Shown here piece after piece: positions 31,020-39,395 of a stretch of 64,000 nt of DNA. The translations under genes and the position numbers were made by a program. The notes beneath the pieces were generated by a model, which ran no database searches, had not been told where the DNA came from, and saw only the letters and a list, made by a program, of their open reading frames with translations. The DNA lies in NCBI GenBank assembly GCA_964426735.1, contig CAYRRP010000003.1, positions 13,378 to 77,377 on the forward strand. Direction: 5' to 3'. Origin of the DNA: an uncultured Candidatus Saccharibacteria bacterium. Its GTDB lineage: Bacteria > Patescibacteriota > Minisyncoccia > Phycocordibacterales > DATDWN01. The stretch's first letter is position 1, and each line of letters opens with the position of its first letter.

Positions 31020-31117
31020 ATCTACTGACTTTGCTTGCAACCCCGCCTCGCACCGTCGTGCTCCGGCCTTGCGAGCCGATAACATCGACTCTCACTCTAC
31101 CAACTGAGCTACACGCG
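31020..31117 (-). ncRNA. tRNA-like 5' half (CCGCGTG-TA-GCTCAGTTGGTAGAGT...) with aberrant 3' portion; possible pseudo-tRNA or intron/insert-containing tRNA
   Basis: Canonical acceptor and D-arm at 31089-31117 (minus). No matching T-arm or acceptor 3' strand found within 100 nt. Confidence 0.25.
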
Positions 31118-31156
31118 GATATGTTATAATTAAGACCAACTTAAAGTAACATAAAT

Positions 31157-31411
31157 ATGAACAAAAATAAACTTTGGTTTAAAGCAAAAATGTACGGATG
31201 GGGTTGGCAACCGACTTCATGGGAAGGATGGGCTGTGCTCGCACTCTATATTACAGCAATATGGATTAATGCTCGAAACATTGATTTCTATGCACATTCT
31301 GCAAGCGACACTCTTATCAATGGAGTGATCCCTTTGGTTATCAATACCATTTATTTACTGATTATTTGTTACTGTCGAGGTGAAAGACCTCGATGGAGAT
31401 GGGGTAAATGA
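31157..31411 (+). CDS. small membrane protein (84 aa)
   Basis: Two hydrophobic segments. Trp-rich N-terminus. Confidence 0.3.
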   Translation: MNKNKLWFKAKMYGWGWQPTSWEGWAVLALYITAIWINARNIDFYAHSASDTLINGVIPLVINTIYLLIICYCRGERPRWRWGK

Positions 31412-31417
31412 GATTAA

Positions 31418-31458
31418 TACAAAAGCCTAGCGGACAAAGCTACATCCGCTAGGCTTTT
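31418..31458. terminator. strong bidirectional terminator AAAGCCTAGCGGA-CAAAGCTACA-TCCGCTAGGCTTTTTTT
   Basis: 13-bp stem with flanking A/T runs. Confidence 0.6.
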
Positions 31459-31459
31459 T

Positions 31460-31642
31460 TTAGTTAATACCATCGACCGACACCTCGTCAATCGATTGAA
31501 ATTGTTTACCACAACTACGGCAAACAAAGACACCATCCCGAAAAAAGACTTCGCCGGCACAGTCCTCGCCCCGCCGGTATGGCTCAGCACAGAAACCAAT
31601 CCTTTCCATGCAATACCCAACGAGAGAGCCCTCGACAATGGT
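31460..31642 (-). CDS. small zinc-ribbon protein P2 (61 aa from MTIVEG) with own promoter and SD
   Basis: Cys pairs GYCMERIGFC and VCRSCGK. AGGAAGGAGG 7 nt upstream of ATG. Elevated GC. Confidence 0.45.
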   Translation of the reverse strand, partial: TIVEGSLVGYCMERIGFCAEPYRRGEDCAGEVFFRDGVFVCRSCGKQFQSIDEVSVDGIN

Positions 31643-31645
31643 CAT

Positions 31646-31720
31646 TAACGATCCTCCTTCCTTTACCAAGATATCAATACGTTCCCTAAATTGTCAACTA
31701 AACACTACACCTACAGGTGT
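31646..31720 (-). promoter_or_regulatory. hairpin, TTGACA/TGATAT promoter and SD for P2
   Basis: Minus-sense AACACTACACCTGTAGGTGTAGTGTT hairpin, then TTGACAATTTAGGGAACGTATTGATATCTTGGTAAAGGAAGGAGGATCGTTA-ATG. Confidence 0.4.
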
Positions 31721-31765
31721 AGTGTTAGAACTTTTACAAGCAACATTGGTTAAATTTTGGAAGTT

Positions 31766-33706
31766 TTACACTTGGTGCTCAATGTCTAATTTCTTTTTAA
31801 CCGTAACCCCATGAGCAACCAACAGCGTTTCGAATTCATCACGTTCCATTGTCTCTGTTTCCATCAGACGTTTAGCGATCGCATCAAGAAGTTTTTTATT
31901 TGCTTCGATTGTTGTTTTTGCTTTCTCCTCAGCCTCTTTCATAATCTTTGAAATTTCTGCATCCACTTCCGCTGCTACTTTTTCAGAATATCCTTCAGAC
32001 TCTACTCCCCGACCAAATAACACTTTTCCTCCACTTCCCTCCAGTGCTATTGGCCCAAGCTTATCTGACATACCGTACTTAGTCACCATATCTCGCGCGA
32101 GTGCAGTCGATACCTGGAGATCATTTGATGGTCCTGTAGTCAAATCATCAAACATCATTTTCTCTGTCACATACCCACCGAGCGAGACTGCTATGTCATC
32201 GAGAAATTCTTTTCGAGACTGGAGTTTTTTATCTTCAATAGGAAGCTTGAGTACATATCCTGCTGCACGTCCTCGAGAAATAATCGAAATCTTATGCACC
32301 GGATCAGCATATGAAAGAAGTGATGCAAGTACCGCATGCCCTGCTTCATGATAAGCTGTGATTTCTTTTTCTTTCTTTGAAAGAATATGACTCTTTCGCT
32401 CAGGCCCAAGCATCACCTTTTCGATAGAGCGAATCAGGTCGTACTGAGAAATCTTGGTACGATTTTCTCGTGCTGCCAAGATCGCTCCTTCATTCATGAG
32501 TGAGTATAAGTCTGCACCAGAAAATCCTGGTGTACGCTCTGCTATTACTTTTATATTTACATCTTCTGCAAACGGTTTCTTTTTTGCATGAACATTAAGA
32601 ATTGCTTCTCGATCATCTCGGTCAGGAAGATCAAGTGTCACTCGACGATCAAAACGTCCCGGTCGAAGGAGTGCCGGATCAAGTACATCTGGTCTGTTGG
32701 TCGCTGCCATGACGATCACTTTTTCATTTGGCTCAAAACCATCCATCTCTACGAGGATTTGGTTTAAGGTCTGCTCTCGCTCATCATTGCCCCCACCCGC
32801 ACCGACTCCTCGCACGCGTCCTACCGCATCGATCTCATCAACGAAAATAATTGCCGGAGAATTTTTCTTTGCCATCATAAAGAGATCTCGAACACGAGAT
32901 GCTCCCACACCCACGAACATTTCTACGAATTCAGATCCAGAGATTGAAAAGAATGCAACACCTGCCTCCCCTGCTACCGCACGAGCAAGGAGTGTCTTTC
33001 CGGTACCTGGTGCTCCCATCAGAAGGATTCCTTTTGGAATACGTGCACCGATTTCAAGAAACTTCTTTGGATTTTTTAGAAAGTCCACAATTTCTGAAAG
33101 CTCTTCCTTTGCTTCTTTTGCACCAGCCACGTCTTTAAAAGTTACTCGCTGAGAGCTGTCGTTTGGATCGATCATACGAGCTTTTGACTGTCCGAAAGTA
33201 AATGCTTGTGCTCCTGCACCTTTCACCTGTCGAGTCATGTACCAGATGAAAAGAAGGACGAAAATAATCGGGACAAGAAGTGGAGCGAGATTCATCACCC
33301 AGTATCCAAACCCTGATTCATTTTTGATATCTACTTTTACTTTTCCAAGCTCCGCCGGAGTAGTACCGTAGTTTGAAAGTGTATCAGTGAGTGCAGTACC
33401 CTCTTCTTTTTTAGTAAACTTCTTATCACCATTTGCATACACCATATCGAGTGAGTCACCCTTTACCACGATCTCAGTCACCTGCCCCGCCTTAATATCA
33501 AGTGCAAGCTGTGAAAGCGGAATTTCTGTCGTTGTACTTTTTTTCCCACTTAAAAAAGAATACACACCTGAAAGAAGGAGGAAAATCAAAAGTATAGTAG
33601 CAACATAATTAAAAACAGATACTTCACCAGGACCTTTTTGCTCAGGCACTTTCTTTTGCATATTCTTTTTATCTTTGTTTTTTGGTGGTTTAGTGTTTGG
33701 ATTCAT
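31766..33706 (-). CDS. ftsH: ATP-dependent zinc metalloprotease FtsH
   Basis: Two N-terminal TMs, AAA Walker [18 protein letters not shown] zinc site. Confidence 0.9.
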   Translation of the reverse strand: MNPNTKPPKNKDKKNMQKKVPEQKGPGEVSVFNYVATILLIFLLLSGVYSFLSGKKSTTTEIPLSQLALDIKAGQVTEIVVKGDSLDMVYANGDKKFTKKEEGTALTDTLSNYGTTPAELGKVKVDIKNESGFGYWVMNLAPLLVPIIFVLLFIWYMTRQVKGAGAQAFTFGQSKARMIDPNDSSQRVTFKDVAGAKEAKEELSEIVDFLKNPKKFLEIGARIPKGILLMGAPGTGKTLLARAVAGEAGVAFFSISGSEFVEMFVGVGASRVRDLFMMAKKNSPAIIFVDEIDAVGRVRGVGAGGGNDEREQTLNQILVEMDGFEPNEKVIVMAATNRPDVLDPALLRPGRFDRRVTLDLPDRDDREAILNVHAKKKPFAEDVNIKVIAERTPGFSGADLYSLMNEGAILAARENRTKISQYDLIRSIEKVMLGPERKSHILSKKEKEITAYHEAGHAVLASLLSYADPVHKISIISRGRAAGYVLKLPIEDKKLQSRKEFLDDIAVSLGGYVTEKMMFDDLTTGPSNDLQVSTALARDMVTKYGMSDKLGPIALEGSGGKVLFGRGVESEGYSEKVAAEVDAEISKIMKEAEEKAKTTIEANKKLLDAIAKRLMETETMERDEFETLLVAHGVTVKKKLDIEHQV

Positions 33707-33763
33707 GGGGGTATTATAGCGTATTTAGGTGATGAAATACATCATTTCTGCTAGACTAGAGAC

Positions 33764-34207
33764 ATGAGCCTTATTACAAACAAAAAAATCCATTTTAATT
33801 ATGAGATTACCGAGACAATACCTGCCGGTATTGAGCTTTTTGGCTTTGAAGTAAAATCATTACGTAATGGACAAGGTTCTCTCGACGGCTCATATGTGAC
33901 CGTGCGCGGCGGCGAAGCATTTGTGATCGGTATGCAAATCCCAGCATATCAAGTCGGAAATACACCGAAAGAGTACGATCCACTTCGTAATCGCCGACTC
34001 CTCCTCAACAAAAAGGAGATTGCTCGATTGGGAGAGATAGAATCACGAAAGGGATTGACAATAGCACCTATTTCAGTGTATAATAAAGGCAAGGTTTTGA
34101 AGGTAGATCTCGGTATTGCGACTGGTAAAAAGAAGTTTGATAAACGTGAGACTACAAAGAAACGAGAAGTCGACCGCAATACCCGAAGAGAGTTTGTTGA
34201 TCGATAG
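33764..34207 (+). CDS. smpB: SsrA-binding protein
   Basis: Conserved SmpB core (GIELFGFEVKSLR...NRRLLLNKKEI) and basic C-terminal tail. Confidence 0.85.
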   Translation: MSLITNKKIHFNYEITETIPAGIELFGFEVKSLRNGQGSLDGSYVTVRGGEAFVIGMQIPAYQVGNTPKEYDPLRNRRLLLNKKEIARLGEIESRKGLTIAPISVYNKGKVLKVDLGIATGKKKFDKRETTKKREVDRNTRREFVDR

Positions 34208-34245
34208 TAAAATTGAGTACATTGAAAAGAGAAACCCGAGTCCCA

Positions 34246-34702
34246 ACTTGCTCAGAATATTTCTGATCAAATTGGGGGTGCCAGGTTTTGACATAGTCTG
34301 CATCCGTTCGCGCACTACAGAGTTCCAGTCAACTCTTTAAACATCTGGAAACTATACGTGTAAACAATACTGTTGCACGAGCAAAAGCTTCTGTTTCTCC
34401 ATATTTTGGAGTTAACAACTTTGCTTTCTCTTACGCACGAGCTTAATTTAAGTTTCGTCCCTAGGAGGGGGTGATACATCCGATATCTCATACGATGTCT
34501 CATTCATATAACTGTGAGGTCCGGTCACTTCCCTGTTTCAGGTTGTGACCTAAAAAATGAAACTCGCCTTTTTCTTGTTTTGTTTGTTTTATAGAGAAAA
34601 AGTCTAAACGTTAAAACATTCTATGTAGTGTAGACCCGTTCGTATTCTCTCTATGCACGTGGCTTCGATGTCACCACTTCCACAAATTACAAAAAAAACT
34701 GC
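34246..34702 (+). ncRNA. ssrA: candidate tmRNA (ssrA), 3' end uncertain
   Basis: Immediately downstream of smpB. 5' end GGGGGUGCCAGGUUUUGACAUAG matches the tmRNA acceptor-plus-GGxUUCGAC consensus. Possible 3' strand CACUUCC+A gives G3-U70. T-loop-like UUCGAUG at 34669-34675. Possible tag ORF ...GVNNFAFSYARA-stop around 34405-34440. Confidence 0.45.
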
Positions 34703-34733
34703 TCAAGGCAGTTTTTTTGTAATTTGTGGAAGT
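34675..34733. terminator. 26-bp perfect inverted repeat with A8/T8 tracts and loop TCAAGG
   Basis: CTTCCACAAATTACAAAAAAAACTGC-TCAAGG-GCAGTTTTTTTTGTAATTTGTGGAAG. Left arm overlaps the putative tmRNA 3' end. Confidence 0.6.
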
Positions 34734-34740
34734 GAGCAAA

Positions 34741-34866
34741 GCGGAGCTTTGCGTGTGCATCGAAGCCAACGGAGCGAGGGCTCCCATCACCAGATGGGAC
34801 CGCGAGTTGGTGCCTAGACTTTTCCGAGCGACGGCGAGGAAAAAGTCGAAGGTTCAATGTCACCAT
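34741..34866 (+). ncRNA. tRNA-linked structured repeat element, copy D1
   Basis: Hairpin GCAAAGC-GGA-GCTTTGC (compensatory to copy A GTAAAGC/GCTTTAC), AACGGAGCGA, hairpin CCCATC-ACCA-GATGGG, core CGCGAGTTGGTGCCTAGA, stem with loop GAGCGACGGCGAG, AAGTCGAAGGTTCAATGTCACC. Confidence 0.4.
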
Positions 34867-34879
34867 TAAAAACATGTTT

Positions 34880-35068
34880 TGCGAGTGGTATTGAAACGGC
34901 GGAACGATTCCTGATTTAGCAAAATCAGGACGTGAGCCGGTGAGAAGTGATGTTATCACTTCGCAAGACCTTGCCAGAATTTTTCAGAGCAAAGCGAATG
35001 AAAAAATCGACAAGGTGTACTGTTCCTGTAAGGAAACCAGACACTCAGTCGAAGGTTCAATGCCACCA
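34880..35068 (+). ncRNA. degenerate tandem second copy (D2) of the element, with an insertion
   Basis: AACGGCGGAACGATTC, hairpin CCTGATTT-AGCA-AAATCAGG, CGTGAGCCGGTG..CCAGA with inserted hairpin AGTGAT-GTTA-TCACT. Ends CAGTCGAAGGTTCAATGCCACC. Confidence 0.35.
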
Positions 35069-35074
35069 CCTCTC

Positions 35075-35128
35075 TATCTATTGACAAAAGGTATTAGTGC
35101 TATATAATTTTACAAGGAAAGGATAATC
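35075..35128 (+). promoter_or_regulatory. consensus sigma70 promoter (TTGACA-16-TATAAT) and SD GGAAAGGA for P3
   Basis: CTATTGACAAAAGGTATTAGTGCTATATAATTTTACAAGGAAAGGATAATCC-ATG. Confidence 0.5.
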
Positions 35129-35129
35129 C

Positions 35130-35612
35130 ATGACTCAGAATTGGAACGACGCCGCTGCACGATATCAAGCTGCGAATCGTCAAAAGCTACGAGAACAACT
35201 GGTGCAGGCAACTCCCGTTGCATTACCGGCACCTAAGCCCGATAACTCCCTGGAAATCGCACAGGCTGCAACAGATCTACATACATTTATGAGATCTGAA
35301 GAAGGAAGATCTGCTCTCGCACTCCTACAAGAGAGCCGCCGGCATTTCATTTTTGGTGAAGATAGTGATGGTGGAGGTTATGGTACTGTCTACTATCTTG
35401 ATGGAACAGGTCTCCATCGCTCCATCGAAGCGATGGGTATGTGGGTTGCCTACAGCAAGGAGGTGGCAAAACCAAAAATAAGCAGTATTACTGCCCACGA
35501 GGCCGTGACTGCTGCTGTTGAGAATGGGCGGAAAAAACCCAGTGAAATCATCTCCTGGCTCCGCGCCGAACTCGACAAGATCGCCGCAGCCGCACCCCAA
35601 CCTGAACCCTAA
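35130..35612 (+). CDS. hypothetical protein P3 (160 aa), GC-rich, Ala/Pro-rich termini
   Basis: Elevated GC. Canonical promoter, SD and GC-rich terminator, unlike neighbouring housekeeping genes. Confidence 0.45.
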   Translation: MTQNWNDAAARYQAANRQKLREQLVQATPVALPAPKPDNSLEIAQAATDLHTFMRSEEGRSALALLQESRRHFIFGEDSDGGGYGTVYYLDGTGLHRSIEAMGMWVAYSKEVAKPKISSITAHEAVTAAVENGRKKPSEIISWLRAELDKIAAAAPQPEP

Positions 35613-35616
35613 CCGT

Positions 35617-35655
35617 TCCCCCCGCCGAAAGCCGCCGCGCTCTCGGCGGCTTTCT
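35617..35655 (+). terminator. GC-rich intrinsic terminator GAAAGCCGCCG-CGCTCT-CGGCGGCTTTC + TTTATT
   Basis: 11-bp GC stem followed by a T-run. Confidence 0.6.
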
Positions 35656-35718
35656 TTATTCCAAAACCTTTACATATCAAAAAAATACTGTATAGTATTT
35701 TAAGAAAGGATACTAAAT

Positions 35719-36447
35719 ATGAAATTCCTCTTAATCGGAGGACTTGGTGACAGTATCAAGTCATTTGACCCTTGGATGCGTGCACTAAACAAGAATCGAG
35801 GTGGGTACCGCTATATCCCGGTTACTGTATCCGGAGATACGGGGTTTTCCCACCGAATACAAACTCTGAAGAAAGCTTTGGATGAAGAGGTTGATCCTGT
35901 CTGCATCATCGGTCAGTCCGCCGGAGCACTGGCTGCACTTATGGTCGCAAGCGACAATCCAAAAATGGTAAAAGGAGTTATTGCGGTCAGTCCCGCAATG
36001 CCGAAGGGTATTTCACCTTTGAGTGTGCCCTTGCTTTCGGTCATGTGGAAGTATTACTATCACATGAGAATGAGTCATCTCATCGAGGTGACAGCAAAAG
36101 ACTATACAAAACTTGCTCTCAACAACGTTTCAAATCCAGACACCCTCTTGGCAAACCGCCAGAAAATTTCAGGACGAGAAGCGTATGAACTCACTGCTGA
36201 CTCACGTCCAGCACTTGCAGGAATACGGTTTCCCGTGGTGCATATATATGGGACAGAGGACAGATGGGTAAATCCCAGAGTACAAACGGAGTTGTTTAGA
36301 CTTCTTGGTGGATGCAAATCACTTATCACAGTATCTGGTGCTGGTCACATGCCTGCACATCACCCAGAAAAAGGTGCTATGGTGGTGAACGCAACACTCA
36401 ACAAACTCAAAGACCTTATTACCTTCTGTGGTGGAGCCAGGACATGA
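35719..36447 (+). CDS. alpha/beta-hydrolase (esterase/lipase-like)
   Basis: Nucleophile elbow IGQSAGAL (GxSxG). Late Asp/His (GAGHMPAHHPE). Own promoter TTTACA-16-TATAGT and SD AAGAAAGGA. Confidence 0.7.
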   Translation: MKFLLIGGLGDSIKSFDPWMRALNKNRGGYRYIPVTVSGDTGFSHRIQTLKKALDEEVDPVCIIGQSAGALAALMVASDNPKMVKGVIAVSPAMPKGISPLSVPLLSVMWKYYYHMRMSHLIEVTAKDYTKLALNNVSNPDTLLANRQKISGREAYELTADSRPALAGIRFPVVHIYGTEDRWVNPRVQTELFRLLGGCKSLITVSGAGHMPAHHPEKGAMVVNATLNKLKDLITFCGGART

Positions 36448-36526
36448 TGTCCTGGCTCGCTTTTTTTACTTGACCTAAGTTTTAATCTACTATATTATAG
36501 TACTATATCTTAGTAACATAAAAACT

Positions 36527-36745
36527 ATGACGACAATCACTGTACCCCTTAATACAGCACTTAATGAATTCATTAATGAACAAGTAAAGCTGGGTAAAGT
36601 ACCCAATAAAGCTGAGCTTGTTCGTGCTGCAATTATTAAATATAAGGAGGACGCACTCATTACTGAGCTCCTCAAGGCAAAACAAGAAGCAAAAGAAGGT
36701 AAACTCTTTACCGGAGATTTAGATGTACTTGCAAAGCGCTTTTAA
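36527..36745 (+). CDS. ribbon-helix-helix (CopG/ParD-like) antitoxin
   Basis: 72 aa. N-terminal beta-strand TTITVPLNTALNEF then two helices. Immediately upstream of a RelE/ParE-like gene with 9-nt spacing. Confidence 0.6.
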   Translation: MTTITVPLNTALNEFINEQVKLGKVPNKAELVRAAIIKYKEDALITELLKAKQEAKEGKLFTGDLDVLAKRF

Positions 36746-36754
36746 CAAGCCTCT

Positions 36755-37021
36755 ATGCTTACCATTTTTTACACTCCTAATTTTATTCGCAGATACAAAC
36801 ATCTTGATCCTGCTTTACAAGGCGAGGTTAAAGATAAGATTGAGTCATTTCGAACTATTAAGAATCATTTAAAGCTCAAGGTACACAAACTAAAAGGATC
36901 ACTCGATAATACGTACGCTTTTTCTGTGAACTTTAAGGTGCGAATTATTTTTGAATACCAGAAAAACAAGAAAAACATAAACCTGTTGTATGTTGGTAGT
37001 CATGATGAATTATATGCTTAA
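36755..37021 (+). CDS. RelE/ParE-family toxin
   Basis: 88 aa. Pattern KVHKLKGSLDNTYAFSVNFKVRIIFEY...LLYVGSHDELY typical of RelE/ParE/YoeB toxins. Confidence 0.65.
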   Translation: MLTIFYTPNFIRRYKHLDPALQGEVKDKIESFRTIKNHLKLKVHKLKGSLDNTYAFSVNFKVRIIFEYQKNKKNINLLYVGSHDELYA

Positions 37022-37040
37022 GAAGATGTATACTTAACCT

Positions 37041-37703
37041 ATGGAACATCTCAAAAGAAACATCACTATCACCCTCTTTGTTGCAGCTGCAGGACTTATT
37101 GGTTTTGTATTATTTTACACTCCACCTGCTCCACAAAAACAAAACAATATACTTCCCGGCGAACCACTACAGTACACCTACTCTTCAGAAGATATCTCTT
37201 TCACCTATCCTGCATTTTTAACATTAGATACAAAAGATAGCATAGTCTCACTTCACCATGAGATACCGTATGAAAACAATGGTGCTTGTGACATGGTAGG
37301 AGAATGGGTGTTACACAAAAATCTCACTGATTTTCATGTCACTATTCGTATTGCATCAACATCACTCGTACACACAGTACAACAAATGAGTCCATACATC
37401 CCTGAAGAAAATTTCGATGGTGATGTACTCAAGGTAAACCCTGGTTTTATTGATGCATTCGAAATCGGAGCACTCAAAGGATTTATGATTTACGAAGGAG
37501 CCGAAGGGTGTGGTATGACAACTTACTACTTCCCTGTTTCAAACAACCGAACACTTATGATTCAAAAAGAATCGATACAAGCTCTTTCGGGTGTACGTGG
37601 ACAAGAAGAAATACAGAGGATATTAAAAATACCTGGATCTATCGCACCAAGTGTTTCAAATAAAATTTTTGAGGAAATTATTACTTCACTTATAATCAAA
37701 TGA
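37041..37703 (+). CDS. secreted/membrane-anchored hypothetical protein (220 aa)
   Basis: N-terminal TM/signal (ITITLFVAAAGLIGFVLFY). No motif. Confidence 0.35.
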   Translation: MEHLKRNITITLFVAAAGLIGFVLFYTPPAPQKQNNILPGEPLQYTYSSEDISFTYPAFLTLDTKDSIVSLHHEIPYENNGACDMVGEWVLHKNLTDFHVTIRIASTSLVHTVQQMSPYIPEENFDGDVLKVNPGFIDAFEIGALKGFMIYEGAEGCGMTTYYFPVSNNRTLMIQKESIQALSGVRGQEEIQRILKIPGSIAPSVSNKIFEEIITSLIIK

Positions 37704-38113
37704 TGCCTTTATTTTTTAGTGCTCTTATGTTTATTTCTTGTATCGTAGGCTACGGTGCAGTAATTGCAATCGACACTGCTGGGCTTTTTTGGATTTTTAA
37801 AAAACGCTCAATGGATTTTGTCTATCAAATGACCGGTATTACCCAGCCACTGATCTGGCTTGGGTGGAGCGGTATCACAATCGGTCTCCTTGGCACCCTT
37901 TCTTTTACTCCTCTTACCCCACTTACCACCTACCAGTTCATCCTCCTCGGTATTCTTGGTCTCAATGGTATATTTTTACAGATAACCAAGAAAAAACTTA
38001 ACCTCACCAATCCTTCGCAAAAACTCCCCATTTTCTCGATATTTCTCGCAACTGTCATATCTCAAACAAGCTGGATTACTTTCCTTGCTCTCCAGTTCAT
38101 ACGCACTCTGTAA
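37700..38113 (+). CDS. polytopic membrane hypothetical protein (137 aa)
   Basis: Four hydrophobic helices. Overlaps previous gene by 4 nt. Confidence 0.35.
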   Translation: MMPLFFSALMFISCIVGYGAVIAIDTAGLFWIFKKRSMDFVYQMTGITQPLIWLGWSGITIGLLGTLSFTPLTPLTTYQFILLGILGLNGIFLQITKKKLNLTNPSQKLPIFSIFLATVISQTSWITFLALQFIRTL

Positions 38114-38177
38114 AACTTGTGTTTTTCTTTAAAAATGGTATTCTTACTCCATAATTTTAGTAATTTAAATTGAACAT

Positions 38178-38687
38178 TTGAGCACAAACGTACGTATAAA
38201 TCATCAAATCCAGGCACCAGAACTTCGAGTACTTCTCGAATCAGGAGATAACCTTGGGGTTTTAAGTCGAGCTGATGCATTAGACAAGGCTCGAGAGCTT
38301 GGTTTGGACCTTATTGAAATATCACCAAAAGCTATTCCACCGGTTGCAAAAATCATGGATTATGGTAAATTTCAATACACTGAAAACAAGAAGCTCAAGG
38401 TAGCAAAAGCCAAAGCTCACGCTGTTGAAGTGAAGAACATTCAAATCAAAATCGGTACAGGAGACCATGATTTGGAGCTTAAGGCTAAAAAAGCTTCAGA
38501 ATGGCTCTCTGCAGGTCACCGAATCAAAGTAGACCTCTTTCTTCCAGGACGATCAAAGTACATGGATGAGAAGTTTCTCCGAGAACGAATGGATCGAGTA
38601 CTTAAACTCATCACGGTTGAATTCAAAATTGCAGATCCTGCAAAAAAGAGTCCTAAAGGCCTCAGTGTCATAATCGAGAAAGCATAA
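38178..38687 (+). CDS. infC: translation initiation factor IF-3
   Basis: [54 protein letters not shown]. True start may be an upstream non-ATG codon, as usual for infC. Confidence 0.85.
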   Translation: MSTNVRINHQIQAPELRVLLESGDNLGVLSRADALDKARELGLDLIEISPKAIPPVAKIMDYGKFQYTENKKLKVAKAKAHAVEVKNIQIKIGTGDHDLELKAKKASEWLSAGHRIKVDLFLPGRSKYMDEKFLRERMDRVLKLITVEFKIADPAKKSPKGLSVIIEKA

Positions 38688-38691
38688 AAAC

Positions 38692-38877
38692 ATGAAAACA
38701 AACAAATCATACACAAAACGACTTAAGGTTACTAAAACAGGAAAAATCTTAGCTCGAGCAAAAGGTCAAAACCACTTCAATGCAAAGGTATCTGGACGAG
38801 GTAATCTTGCAAAGAAAAACTCACAGAACTTCCCTATGAGTAACAAGGAGATCACCCGATTCCTTCCGAATGCATAA
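38692..38877 (+). CDS. rpmI: 50S ribosomal protein L35
   Basis: MKTNKSYTKRLKVTKTGKILARAKGQNHFNAK. Position between infC and rplT. Confidence 0.85.
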   Translation: MKTNKSYTKRLKVTKTGKILARAKGQNHFNAKVSGRGNLAKKNSQNFPMSNKEITRFLPNA

Positions 38878-38884
38878 TAAATCA

Positions 38885-38992
38885 AAGGATTAAAGTAGTA
38901 GGATTAAAGATTAAAGAATAAGAAAATTCAAAAAACTCTTAAATCCCATTCATTAATCCAGAATCTTTAATCATTAATCCAATTCAACTAAC
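38885..38992 (+). repeat. GATTAAAG / TTAATCC short tandem repeats in the rpmI-rplT spacer
   Basis: GGATTAAAG x3 then CATTAATCCAGAATCTTTAATCATTAATCCAATTCAACTAAC-ATG. Same repeat unit occurs upstream of ndk (42244-42292). Confidence 0.4.
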
Positions 38993-39337
38993 ATGACACG
39001 AGTAAAGAAAGGCGTTAACGCGCTTAAATCAAGAAAGAATACACTCCGAATGGTAAAAGGTTACCGAAACGGACGAGGCTCAAAACAGCGACAAGCGTTT
39101 GAGGCTATTTCTCATGCAGGTACCTATGCGTTTGCACACCGACGAGATAAAAAAGGTGATGCTCGACGACTCTGGAATGTAAAGATTTCATATGCAGCAA
39201 AGGAACTCGGTACGTCATACAGTAAACTCATGGGAGGTTTGATCAAGAAAAACATTCTTCTCGACCGAAAGATTCTCTCTACCCTCGCTCTCGAAGCACC
39301 TGAGACGTTCAAGAAAATTGTAGCTATGGCAAAATAG
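38993..39337 (+). CDS. rplT: 50S ribosomal protein L20
   Basis: MTRVKKGVNALKSRKNTLRMVKGYRNGRGS...AFAHRRDKK. Confidence 0.9.
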   Translation: MTRVKKGVNALKSRKNTLRMVKGYRNGRGSKQRQAFEAISHAGTYAFAHRRDKKGDARRLWNVKISYAAKELGTSYSKLMGGLIKKNILLDRKILSTLALEAPETFKKIVAMAK

Positions 39338-39361
39338 TTTACAGTAGACAGCTATCAGTCA

Positions 39362-39392
39362 TTAGAAAAACCGGCAGATGCCGGTTTTTTGT
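39362..39392. terminator. bidirectional terminator AAAAACCGGCA-GATG-CCGGTTTTTTG
   Basis: Between convergent rplT (+) and RNase J (-). Confidence 0.6.
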
Positions 39393-39395
39393 TAT

